A DNA stretch of 45,204 bases, from IMG/VR virus record IMGVR_UViG_3300009702_000036, positions 1-45,204 of that record. One strand, 5' to 3'. The notes beneath the pieces are model-generated. The model saw only the letters and a program-made list of their open reading frames with translations, was not told the origin of the DNA and did no database searches. Numbering within the stretch: position 1 is the stretch's first letter; each line of letters opens with the position of its first letter. Of this stretch, positions 8,149-15,960 are shown one piece after another. The position numbers were made by a program, and so were the translations under genes. The stretch comes from a virus.

Positions 8149-8446
8149 GTTGTGCTTTTATCTCCTCTAATCCATCTTCATACCATCTGCTGTTTTTGAA
8201 GATTCGTTCTACTTCATCCATTCCATCATCATTGTATACTTCTACCATTTCTTTTACAGTCATACATTTGTGGTAGTTTGGTCGTTGTAATCCCATATCA
8301 TCACACCATTGTCGAATCCTATCTTCAGTTACTCCAAAGTATGCTGATATTTCAGTACGACGACGACAACCATTTATCATCTGAAGCAGCATTCCCACTC
8401 CACCTTTATCAGCATATTTTTCACTAAATTTATTTCTTGTCATCAT
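8135..8446 (-). CDS. putative HTH DNA-binding protein
   Basis: 103 aa; helix-turn-helix-like segment RRTEISAYFGVTEDRIRQWCDDMGL; overlaps the dcd start. Confidence 0.4.
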   Translation of the reverse strand: MMTRNKFSEKYADKGGVGMLLQMINGCRRRTEISAYFGVTEDRIRQWCDDMGLQRPNYHKCMTVKEMVEVYNDDGMDEVERIFKNSRWYEDGLEEIKAQHDTN

Positions 8447-8633
8447 ACATCATTTCATCTATCAATTCAAGTGCTCTCCCAAGAGTCTTGTAATTTGCTT
8501 CACTCTTTTTGCTATAGTGCAATCTCTTCTTGAGCATTTGGTCTACCTCATACTCACTCTGTCGAGTTTCCATTGCATACTCTTTTATCTTCAGAGCGAG
8601 TATTTGGCACATTCTGTTCTCAAGCGTTTGCAT
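8430..8633 (-). CDS. hypothetical protein
   Basis: ATG at 8633 (track start 8642 is TTG); 67 aa; tightly packed in the operon; no recognisable motif. Confidence 0.5.
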   Translation of the reverse strand: MQTLENRMCQILALKIKEYAMETRQSEYEVDQMLKKRLHYSKKSEANYKTLGRALELIDEMMYDDKK

Positions 8634-8635
8634 GT

Positions 8636-9043
8636 TTACCAATTAGGTTTTGCAGGAGCTTCTGGGTCAGCAGCCATCTGCTCACTCTCAGTCTTAACTT
8701 CTCCACCATCTTCACCACGCTTGACTTCATAGCTGGTGCGAAATGCTCCTTTAGCATTCTTACCCTTTACTTGTTTGATTGTCACAACATCACCTACATT
8801 GCAGCTTGCAAGCTTCTGGATAAGACCAATTGAACCTGTAAAGAACTCCTGATCGATACCATCTGCTTGTACAACAAATCGTACTCCTTGCACTTTCTCT
8901 CCTGGATTGTTTGCATCATCAATTTCTGCTCGTTCATCACTAATGAGCTTTACTGTGTGAGGTTGCATATCTCCAAAGCTCATAAATGGTCGTTTACCGC
9001 TTGTTTCTGCATAATTCCTTGCAAATTCTTTTGCTGAATCCAT
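8636..9043 (-). CDS. hypothetical protein (possible ssDNA-binding protein; weak)
   Basis: 135 aa; acidic tail ending in an aromatic residue (ESEQMAADPEAPAKPNW); located beside the recombination genes. Confidence 0.5.
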   Translation of the reverse strand: MDSAKEFARNYAETSGKRPFMSFGDMQPHTVKLISDERAEIDDANNPGEKVQGVRFVVQADGIDQEFFTGSIGLIQKLASCNVGDVVTIKQVKGKNAKGAFRTSYEVKRGEDGGEVKTESEQMAADPEAPAKPNW

Positions 9044-9062
9044 ATTATTATTTGGTTATTGT

Positions 9063-9356
9063 TTATACTTCTAATCGATCTATAATGTCAGATAATCTAC
9101 TTGAGATAATCTCTAACTTCTCAGCTTTGCCCATGATAACATTAGCAGCTTCAGAATTGAATCCTTCTCTGTCATTGCTAGTTGCTTCTTTTGGTTTGCT
9201 CGGAGACAGCACCATTGCCAATTGAGATTCCATCTTTTCTGTTATCTCAAACAGAGCATCTATTCTTTTATCAACATAACTCATTGCTCGTGGAACTTCT
9301 TTTTTATTCTGTGGCTCTGTCATTGTAGAACCAACTTGTTTTACTTTTTCATCCAT
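9063..9356 (-). CDS. hypothetical protein
   Basis: 97-aa ORF packed between neighbouring minus-strand genes. Confidence 0.55.
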   Translation of the reverse strand: MDEKVKQVGSTMTEPQNKKEVPRAMSYVDKRIDALFEITEKMESQLAMVLSPSKPKEATSNDREGFNSEAANVIMGKAEKLEIISSRLSDIIDRLEV

Positions 9357-9361
9357 GGTTA

Positions 9362-10270
9362 CTATACTTTTAACATTCTTTCATATTCACCACACTGACA
9401 GTATGGTTTATGATCTTTTAATGGAGCTTCAAACTCTCTGTTTGCAATCTTCTGCAAGATTACACCAACTTCATTATAGTACATCTCCATGTCTGACTCA
9501 TCATATTTTAAGTCAATTACTTGGACACGACTATCTTTCTTACGATTCTTTAAGAGGATGATATACACCACTCTTGGATTCTTATGCTGATAATTCTGAT
9601 AACCTTCGAAAGCATACGATCGACCTTGTAGCTTTTGTCTGGTTTCCTCTTCATTGTACCTGCCACCTGAAGTCTTGAACTCCACTGTGACGTTATCTTT
9701 CGTCCTACCATCTATCCTCATACTAATTGGGATTGGATGACTCTCTTCTGGATTGGTAGGATTGTTCATCATCATCTTCACTGGTATCTCTGTGTCTTCC
9801 ATATCAATGCCATAATCTGTCAATAGTATTTCTTTCTCATTCCAGTAGTCTTTCAGCATAAGCAGTCCATCATCATACATCATTTTCCACAAATCATTTG
9901 CATTTTTACATCCAGATTCAAATCCTTTCTTTGTAACTGCAAATCGTTCAAACTCTTCTTTGCTTATCAGATATTTCTTCCACATACGCTTGAATGTTTC
10001 TACTGTCTTATTGAAGTCTGCACCATCCCATCCACCTCCAAAGTTATTATCATACTGTGAATAAATGTTGTCAAGTGCTTCATGAATACTGGTACCGAAA
10101 TTCATGTGTCGCATATCCTGTGGAAACTTTATTCCCAACCAGTCTCTGTAGTAGAATAGCTTTGGACATTCATTGTATGTCATCAACATACTTGGTGTTA
10201 TCCTGTTTAGTCCTATCTCTTTATTGACTGGTAGTTTGTCATTTGGTCTAGCCATATTTATTTGCTCCAT
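9362..10270 (-). CDS. PD-(D/E)XK exonuclease (RecB/Cas4-like)
   Basis: 302 aa; N-terminal Cys context YNECPKLFYY, FGTSIHEALD, nuclease core IDGRTKDNVTVEFKTS (D...ExK), QGRSYA, C-terminal CQC. Confidence 0.8.
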   Translation of the reverse strand: MEQINMARPNDKLPVNKEIGLNRITPSMLMTYNECPKLFYYRDWLGIKFPQDMRHMNFGTSIHEALDNIYSQYDNNFGGGWDGADFNKTVETFKRMWKKYLISKEEFERFAVTKKGFESGCKNANDLWKMMYDDGLLMLKDYWNEKEILLTDYGIDMEDTEIPVKMMMNNPTNPEESHPIPISMRIDGRTKDNVTVEFKTSGGRYNEEETRQKLQGRSYAFEGYQNYQHKNPRVVYIILLKNRKKDSRVQVIDLKYDESDMEMYYNEVGVILQKIANREFEAPLKDHKPYCQCGEYERMLKV

Positions 10271-10950
10271 TTAGGATTCTTTCCAATCTCTACTAATCTT
10301 TTCATATACAGCTTCTTGATGTACTCAACTTGCTCTTCATTTAACTCCATCTTCTTCTTGTTCTCTGGCATTGCTTTATCAAAGTATGCTAGGTTTATTT
10401 TTGTTTTAGCAAGCATCAACTGACTAATCAATGGTGCTATCTTTTGTCGTTCTTCATGTGTTAGATTCTCCATAGTTTTTTCTCTAGTTTCATCATCTTT
10501 AGGAATCTCTTCATCAGACAATATACCTGTTATACCTAAATTGAATAATACTGTTCTGTCATATGCACGCTTCTGTGTCATGTTCATGGGATTACGATTG
10601 CCCATTCTACCTAAGTTGTTCCTATTTGCTTCTCCTAACTCTGGTTCAAGCTTGTTACCATCCTTATCTTGTATCTCAACCATAATCACACATTCCATGT
10701 TATTGTATATTGTTGGCTGTGTTAGTACTGAATAATCAACCACCACAAACCCTGCTTTATTAGCAATGCGCTTCACTGCATCGTGAGTGAGCATTGTCAT
10801 CTTATTCCTACCATTAGTCTCCCACCAGTCACCATCTTTCAATACACTTTTCAATGTATGCAGTTTACCATCCTTTCCTTTAAACTTCTGGTTAAGACCT
10901 GCTGGAGATTCTTTCTTAGTTGTTTTATTTTTTGTTGATGGTTTGTTCAT
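10258..10950 (-). CDS. possible single-strand annealing/recombination protein
   Basis: 230 aa; overlaps the nuclease start. Segment GEANRNNLG..NPMNMTQKRAYDRTVLFNLGI resembles annealase cores. Based on context and weak motif only. Confidence 0.35.
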   Translation of the reverse strand: MNKPSTKNKTTKKESPAGLNQKFKGKDGKLHTLKSVLKDGDWWETNGRNKMTMLTHDAVKRIANKAGFVVVDYSVLTQPTIYNNMECVIMVEIQDKDGNKLEPELGEANRNNLGRMGNRNPMNMTQKRAYDRTVLFNLGITGILSDEEIPKDDETREKTMENLTHEERQKIAPLISQLMLAKTKINLAYFDKAMPENKKKMELNEEQVEYIKKLYMKRLVEIGKNPKWSK

Positions 10951-11179
10951 GCAATTTGCTATTAATTTTGTCTTGTAATGCTCCTTTGAATGTTTGCTTG
11001 TGTTGTTCTTTTATGTCTGGATCACTTGAGTAATCACATGCAAATCTTTCAGCTTCTTGTTCAGAGAACTCTTCTATTTCATCCATAATGCTCTCTGATT
11101 CTGTAGAACTGTATTTCCAAAGGAATTTCTCAGACTTATTATCTGTTACACTTTCAATTATACTATCCATAGATGACAT
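10925..11179 (-). CDS. hypothetical acidic protein
   Basis: 84-aa ORF, Asp/Glu/Ser-rich N-terminal two thirds. Confidence 0.5.
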   Translation of the reverse strand: MSSMDSIIESVTDNKSEKFLWKYSSTESESIMDEIEEFSEQEAERFACDYSSDPDIKEQHKQTFKGALQDKINSKLHEQTINKK

Positions 11180-11248
11180 ACTTTATAATATTAATAATAA
11201 ATCTATTCCATCTATGTATTTGCAACTCTCTGTACATTCTACTTCTTT

Positions 11249-11437
11249 TCATAGGTCGATTGATTGATACTTATCTGGTAATACTACTTCTTCAAAACCA
11301 TACTCATTTTTAACTATAACACAAAGTTGGTTTTCATCATTTTCTAGAACATCTTTCACTGTTGCTTTATATTCTTTGTAGAGAAATTCATCAAACTCAA
11401 TGTACAAATCTTCATCTTGGTCTGTTTTTTTAGTCAT
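11249..11437 (-). CDS. hypothetical strongly acidic protein
   Basis: 62 aa; 17 Asp/Glu versus 7 Lys by hand count. Confidence 0.5.
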   Translation of the reverse strand: MTKKTDQDEDLYIEFDEFLYKEYKATVKDVLENDENQLCVIVKNEYGFEEVVLPDKYQSIDL

Positions 11438-11673
11438 GGCCTTATTACTTTCTCCGATGGTAGTACTTCGGGCTTTTCTAACTGCCCATCTTCATACCCA
11501 TTGAAGTAACACTGTCTGGCAAACGCAATCACATACTCTGGTCTTGCAATACTTTTTGTGCCGTCATCATGGATGACGAACAGCATTTTTGGCGTATCTT
11601 CTGGGTCGTTGTTCCCCTCGAATGAGAAATCTCGCTCAAACGCTTTCTCTATACTTGTGTTTTCTTTAGTCAT
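11434..11673 (-). CDS. hypothetical protein
   Basis: ATG at 11673 lies 1 nt after the upstream stop (MTKENTSIEKAF...); the track start 11700 is TTG; first gene of the GC-rich island. Confidence 0.55.
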   Translation of the reverse strand: MTKENTSIEKAFERDFSFEGNNDPEDTPKMLFVIHDDGTKSIARPEYVIAFARQCYFNGYEDGQLEKPEVLPSEKVIRP

Positions 11674-11674
11674 A

Positions 11675-11893
11675 TTATGTGTAAAAAATAACCTCATCAA
11701 AGCTGAATCGTCTTATTGTTTCTTTTCCTCCCTCATATGACTCTCTTTCAATGTCATAGTACCACTTGTCACCTTCGCCCCTCGCACGATTCTCCACTAT
11801 TTTGACAACATCATCCTTACCAACAGAGTAGGTGCATGTCATTCCGTGATCGTCTGTGTAAGATAGTTGTTTTATTGTTTTTTCTTCATTCAT
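11675..11893 (-). CDS. hypothetical protein
   Basis: 72-aa ORF in the GC-rich island. Confidence 0.55.
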   Translation of the reverse strand: MNEEKTIKQLSYTDDHGMTCTYSVGKDDVVKIVENRARGEGDKWYYDIERESYEGGKETIRRFSFDEVIFYT

Positions 11894-11924
11894 ATGTTTA
11901 TGTGGTTAGGTTTTTAATGAACTT

Positions 11925-12263
11925 TAACCAAAATATTTTTCCATTAGAGCACACTCATAGTCTTCGTGTTCTTTTATCTCTGTAGCGAACATTTTTTTTG
12001 ACTTTTCTGTAGCAACACTTCCATGAATTGGTGGGTACGGCTCACATTCGTGTCCGTACTCGTACGAGCAACCACAGGGGATTGAATGTTGTTTGCTCTA
12101 TATAGCCTTTTTGTCTTAATGAACGCATACACTTTCGAGCCATATATAAACTTATATCAAACTCATCTGCTATTAGCCTCGCTGACCACATTATTGGGTA
12201 AAATGAGCCATCCAATTGGTATACTGTTATCTTCTCTAGGATTTTGTGTTCAAGTGTTGTCAT
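11925..12263 (-). CDS. winged-helix-like protein with Cys/His-rich C-terminal extension; needs a +1 shift at CCC-C (12080-12077)
   Basis: Track ORF 12042..12263 ends in an implausible tail (LWLLVRVRTRM). The +1 frame continues as CGCSYEYGHECEPYPPIHGSVATEKSKKMFATEIKEHEDYECALMEKYFG to TAA 11925-11927 and fills an otherwise empty gap. Confidence 0.5.
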
Positions 12264-12296
12264 ATTATTTCTTTTCTCTTATTGTTGATAAATACT

Positions 12297-12479
12297 TTAA
12301 TCTCTATAATTTATATCCAAATCATGCTGTACCATATGCAAATAATCAGCGTGGTGTTCATCGAGTATCTTCACTCCGTTGTGCCATGCTTCGTTACAAG
12401 TCTTACAGTTACACAGTAGCTTGTCTCGGAAGACAAACTTTCCTATTCTATTTTTAAACCATTTGTGTTGGTGCTTCAT
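12297..12479 (-). CDS. hypothetical protein
   Basis: 60-aa ORF, Cys/His-containing (CNCKTC..H..HH). Confidence 0.5.
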   Translation of the reverse strand: MKHQHKWFKNRIGKFVFRDKLLCNCKTCNEAWHNGVKILDEHHADYLHMVQHDLDINYRD

Positions 12480-12497
12480 GGTAAGTGTTGAATAATT

Positions 12498-12809
12498 CTA
12501 CTTCTCCTCAGCATGCCGAGCAGGGATGTTTTCATGTATCATCTTTGCAACTTTTACAACTGCCTGTCGGTATGGTTCATCAAGGTCTTGCACTTCTTTG
12601 GTCAGATAGTCAAACCACGTCAGTGAACGGTGTTCCGGGTCAGTTTTGTTCTGACACGTCGACCAAGCATTGTGTATATGCTCATTTGTACAATCTTCTC
12701 CCACCGTGAGCACCAAGAGACCATAGGTTTCTAACAATCCCTCATAAGGTGTCCCTCGCATTTTCAGCTCCTTCTCCAACAACTCTTGTACTTCTTGTAT
12801 ATAGTTCAT
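12498..12809 (-). CDS. hypothetical protein (weak RyR-repeat-like motif)
   Basis: 103 aa; HIHNAW...EHRSLTWFDYLTKEVQDLDEPYRQ weakly resembles RyR-type domains; low confidence on family. Confidence 0.5.
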   Translation of the reverse strand: MNYIQEVQELLEKELKMRGTPYEGLLETYGLLVLTVGEDCTNEHIHNAWSTCQNKTDPEHRSLTWFDYLTKEVQDLDEPYRQAVVKVAKMIHENIPARHAEEK

Positions 12810-12813
12810 ATCT

Positions 12814-13263
12814 CTATTTTATTACGCTTCTAATAAACTCTGATACTTCTTTGGATGCCATGTTGTAGTTGCCTGCGAGGTAGGCGTCTAGGAGAGCTTG
12901 TTGTACTACATTTGTATCTTTACTGGTTATCGGTGGTTTTGGACAAGGACCCAAAGACCCATGCATGCGAAACATCGACTCTGATATTTCGAGTGGCTCA
13001 CCACACACCTGGCAACAGTCATCTGCAATTTTTGTATTCCACCCCACCTTCTTCCCATACTCTTCTAGCCATTGCATGGCTGTGGCGAGGTTGTGGGCTG
13101 GTATTGTTTCCCAGTCGTTCATGCTTCTAACATTTCTTTGTCTATCAACGCCTGTATACGTGGGCTTCCCACAAATGTCTACCCAATGCCATATCCCCGT
13201 CTCCACAGAACGAGCTTCGTTCATTAACTTACTCGTCTCTATGCTTGTGTATGTCTCTTTCAT
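12814..13263 (-). CDS. hypothetical protein
   Basis: 149-aa ORF; start overlaps the upstream stop (ATGA); Cys cluster DDCCQVCGEP. Confidence 0.6.
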   Translation of the reverse strand: MKETYTSIETSKLMNEARSVETGIWHWVDICGKPTYTGVDRQRNVRSMNDWETIPAHNLATAMQWLEEYGKKVGWNTKIADDCCQVCGEPLEISESMFRMHGSLGPCPKPPITSKDTNVVQQALLDAYLAGNYNMASKEVSEFIRSVIK

Positions 13264-13601
13264 ACTCGCAAGTTCTTACGGTTGATAACAAAGTCATGGC
13301 ATTGTTGTAGCATTTTTTCACTTGCTGCTACTGCTGCTAATCTTACTTTCGACCACGCTAACGCTGAGGATATCCTTGCTGCTGCTGGTGCGGCTAACCT
13401 TGCAAACTCTGCTGACTCTGTTGTCGCCCACGCCGTCGACTTCGCCGCTCGCACCGCCGACTTCGCCGACCACCCCGCCGACTTCGCCGTCGCATCCTCT
13501 GTCGCTGCTGCTGTCGCTGCTGCTGTCGCTGCTGCCGACTTTGCTAACTTGTGTCCATGAGGTGCCTTATCTTTGGGTAGTGATTTGTAGAGGTATTTCA
13601 T
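13260..13601 (-). CDS. Ala-rich repeat protein, short paralogue of 13640..14365 lacking the globular domain
   Basis: 113 aa; shares the N-terminus MKYLYKSLPKDKAPHGHK and C-terminus LQQCHDFVINRKNLRV with the neighbour; the middle is Ala-rich low complexity. Confidence 0.5.
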   Translation of the reverse strand: MKYLYKSLPKDKAPHGHKLAKSAAATAAATAAATEDATAKSAGWSAKSAVRAAKSTAWATTESAEFARLAAPAAARISSALAWSKVRLAAVAASEKMLQQCHDFVINRKNLRV

Positions 13602-13639
13602 GTGTTTGGTGTGTTAGTCGTGGTATACGTGTAGTTTTT

Positions 13640-14365
13640 TCATACTCGCAAGTTCTTATGGTTGATAACAAAGTCATGGCATTGTTGTAGTGTTTTTTGA
13701 CCTTCCTTTACTGACTCCGATGCTAATTTTGCTGAGTCCGCTGCCCATGCTGCTGCTGCTGCTGATGTTGCTGATGCTGCTTTTGCTGCTACCCATGCTG
13801 CTGCTTCTGCTGCCCTTGATGCTGTTTTTGCTTCTGCTGCTTTTGCTGCTGCCCATGCTGCTACCCATGCTGCTGCTTCTGCTGCCCATGCTGCTGCTTT
13901 TGCTGCTGCCCATGCTGCTACCCATGCTGCTGCTTCTACTGCCCATGCTGCTGCTTCTGCTACTTCTCTGTTCTTTTCTGTATCCGACCTTAATACTGCT
14001 TTAGCAGCTTCAATAGCTTCCCGTGGGCGTGTGTCCTTTGGGTATTCCTTTTCGTACTTATCCAACACTAGCTCTGCGACAAAAATGGCAAGTGCGATTG
14101 AGTCTTTTTGGGTCCAACGGACAAACTTCACCACACGCATGTCTGACCAACACTGTTTGTCACTGTGTATCTCAGACTCGCCTTTCACCTCAACAAGCGC
14201 AAGCCACTCAGCATTTACATACTCCATGGCATCTAAGATGTTCTCAGAAGCGTGGAAGCCGCTTTTACAGATGGCTATGGTATCTTCGTGATACCACCTA
14301 TTGAGCACAAACTTGTGTCCGTGTGGTGATTTGTCTTTGGGTAGTGATTTGTAGAGGTATTTCAT
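13640..14365 (-). CDS. protein with N-terminal C..GFHAS domain plus Ala/Trp tandem repeats
   Basis: ATG at 14365 (track start is GTG 14371). Globular part has ICKSGFHASENILDAMEY, followed by repeats AAAWAAEAAAWVAAWAAAK. Confidence 0.65.
   Translation of the reverse strand: MKYLYKSLPKDKSPHGHKFVLNRWYHEDTIAICKSGFHASENILDAMEYVNAEWLALVEVKGESEIHSDKQCWSDMRVVKFVRWTQKDSIALAIFVAELVLDKYEKEYPKDTRPREAIEAAKAVLRSDTEKNREVAEAAAWAVEAAAWVAAWAAAKAAAWAAEAAAWVAAWAAAKAAEAKTASRAAEAAAWVAAKAASATSAAAAAWAADSAKLASESVKEGQKTLQQCHDFVINHKNLRV
13841..13954. repeat. 57-bp tandem repeat, 2 near-identical copies (plus degenerate copy upstream), coding for the AAAW repeats
   Basis: ttttgctgctgcccatgctgctacccatgctgctgcttct(g/a)ctgcccatgctgctgc starts at 13841 and again at 13898. 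Confidence 0.85.
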
Positions 14366-14397
14366 ATTCACGAGTATTTGTGTTCTGTAATAATTAT

Positions 14398-14525
14398 CAA
14401 ATCTCTATATATTCTTCAAGTTGCCTCTCTGCTTCATCCTCTGTCAATCCTATGTCCAACAATGCTTGCTTTGCTTGATCCTGCCACTCCTCTGTGTCTT
14501 CTATTCTTTCTTCGTTATTCATGAT
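14398..14525 (-). CDS. small acidic hypothetical protein (below track cutoff)
   Basis: ATGATG at 14525 directly after the upstream stop; MMNNEERIEDTEEWQDQAKQALLDIGLTEDEAERQLEEYIEI, stop 14398-14400. Confidence 0.35.
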
Positions 14526-14526
14526 G

Positions 14527-14988
14527 TTACTTGTCATACTTCTTATAAATCTCATCAAGCTCATTTGTGGTTACATAGTACTCACTATGGTCATCATAGT
14601 TTCCAAACATTCTCTTTTCAAATATATTTCTAACTTCTTTTTTGAACATTGATTGTTTGTATGGAGAACTCCTTCCAATTATATCAATTAGATCTATATA
14701 ATGTTTTACAGTCTTGTTGTTGATGAACCAACCTACTGGTGCGAATTTGTTTGTCATGATAGAGTATTTTACCTCGTGTAAATTATATTCTTCTTGTTGA
14801 CTCATCACATTTTTAATCCATTCTTCTTCTGAATATTCGAATGCTCCCTCTGTTCCAAACCTTTCAAACATCTTATCTCTTGCTTCATTGCGACTCTCTG
14901 CTTCTATGACATGAAATCCATTCTCATGTTTATGTCCAAGGCCAAATGTAAAATAAAATTTCTTTAATGTTTTTGTATTCTTATTCAT
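14527..14988 (-). CDS. hypothetical protein, first gene of the leftward arm
   Basis: 153-aa ORF; N-terminal YFTFGLGHKHENGFHVIEAESRNEARDKMFERFG. Confidence 0.65.
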   Translation of the reverse strand: MNKNTKTLKKFYFTFGLGHKHENGFHVIEAESRNEARDKMFERFGTEGAFEYSEEEWIKNVMSQQEEYNLHEVKYSIMTNKFAPVGWFINNKTVKHYIDLIDIIGRSSPYKQSMFKKEVRNIFEKRMFGNYDDHSEYYVTTNELDEIYKKYDK

Positions 14989-15190
14989 GGTTTTCTTATG
15001 GGGTAATAAGTTGATAAATGGTTTTGATAATTTGCCAAAAAGAAGTATACTATAAATTGAAATTGTTTTATTCTGTTCAACTCTTCTCTTGACCTAAACT
15101 AAGTATGCGCCAATTCCCTGTAAAAGGCAAGTGCTGTAGGTCTATAAATAGTTGATAACTCTGTGAAAATAGAATAATACTAATTATAAC
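14989..15190. promoter_or_regulatory. divergent control region between leftward and rightward arms
   Basis: 202-nt AT-rich gap between divergent starts. Has a sigma70-like TTGATA-17nt-TAATAC (15152-15180). GTTGATAA motif copies lie at 15010-15019 and 15151-15159. Confidence 0.5.
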
Positions 15191-15589
15191 ATGAGTAAAT
15201 CCAGCAATGATTCTAGAAAAAGTCAAGTAAAGAACAAAGAGTATACGATTGAGATTCCTGATGTACATCCATCATTGAACACATGGACTCGAATGCACTT
15301 TCGAGAAAGAAACAAGTTGAAACAACAGTGGCATAACATGGTGTCTGTTTGTGTTATGAAGGCAAATATTCCATTTATCAAAAAACCAGTTGCAGTCTGG
15401 ATTGAAAACTTCCACAATCTCAAAACAGTAGATTTGGACAACTACACTCCAAAGTTTATTATGGATCCACTCAGAGACATTGTCCTTGCTGATGACAATG
15501 TAAAGTTTGTTAAAGACTTGCGAATCACTTTTGAAAAATGTAGTAAAAAAGAGAGACGAACAATTGTGCATTTGACAGAGATGGATTGA
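15191..15589 (+). CDS. rusA: RusA-family Holliday junction resolvase
   Basis: 132 aa; PSLNTW..., VDLDNYTPKFIMDPLRDIVLADDNVKFV matches the RusA acidic catalytic motif pattern. Confidence 0.7.
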   Translation: MSKSSNDSRKSQVKNKEYTIEIPDVHPSLNTWTRMHFRERNKLKQQWHNMVSVCVMKANIPFIKKPVAVWIENFHNLKTVDLDNYTPKFIMDPLRDIVLADDNVKFVKDLRITFEKCSKKERRTIVHLTEMD

Positions 15590-15666
15590 GTGGTGTTAAT
15601 AATTTGTGGTGGGTTGTTAACACCACCCAGCATGTCGCTGGATGTTCTTTGAATAGGAGGTGTGAG

Positions 15667-15885
15667 ATGGTTCATTTTAAACAGTGTCCATACTGTGGTT
15701 CAATTACTCCATACTATAATAAATTAGCACGCATTGGAACTGATCTGTGGTTTTGTGATCGAAACTGCTACAATTCATGGATGATTGAATGTCGTCGCAG
15801 AGATGAGGAGGAGGAGAGAAGGAGCAGAGATGGAAAGTTTTATGAAGATGAGAACTATATAGCTCGACTCGCAAAAAACATGTAA
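15667..15885 (+). CDS. zinc-ribbon protein
   Basis: ATG 15667 preceded by AGGAGG (15655-15660); CPYCGS...FCDRNC four-Cys pattern; the track start 15586 is TTG. Confidence 0.6.
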   Translation: MVHFKQCPYCGSITPYYNKLARIGTDLWFCDRNCYNSWMIECRRRDEEEERRSRDGKFYEDENYIARLAKNM

Positions 15886-15900
15886 CACCTATTTCATATT

Positions 15901-15934
15901 AGCTCCACTCGTCACTTGACTCGTGGAGCTTTTC
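15901..15934 (+). terminator. intrinsic terminator after the rusA/Zn-ribbon operon
   Basis: agctccac(15901-08)...gtggagct(15923-30) stem, with further imperfect pairing inside, followed by TTTT. Confidence 0.7.
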
Positions 15935-15960
15935 ATTGCATATAAATTATTTGTTTACTA

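Noticed and set aside
13690-14004. Long ORFs on the plus strand and in alternative frames across the Ala-repeat region (13282..13560, 13322..13690, 13674..13946, 13690..14004)
   Set aside because: They are artefacts of GCT/GCC triplet repeats, which are open in several frames (poly-Leu, poly-Ser/Met translations). The minus-strand frames with conserved N- and C-termini are the coherent genes.
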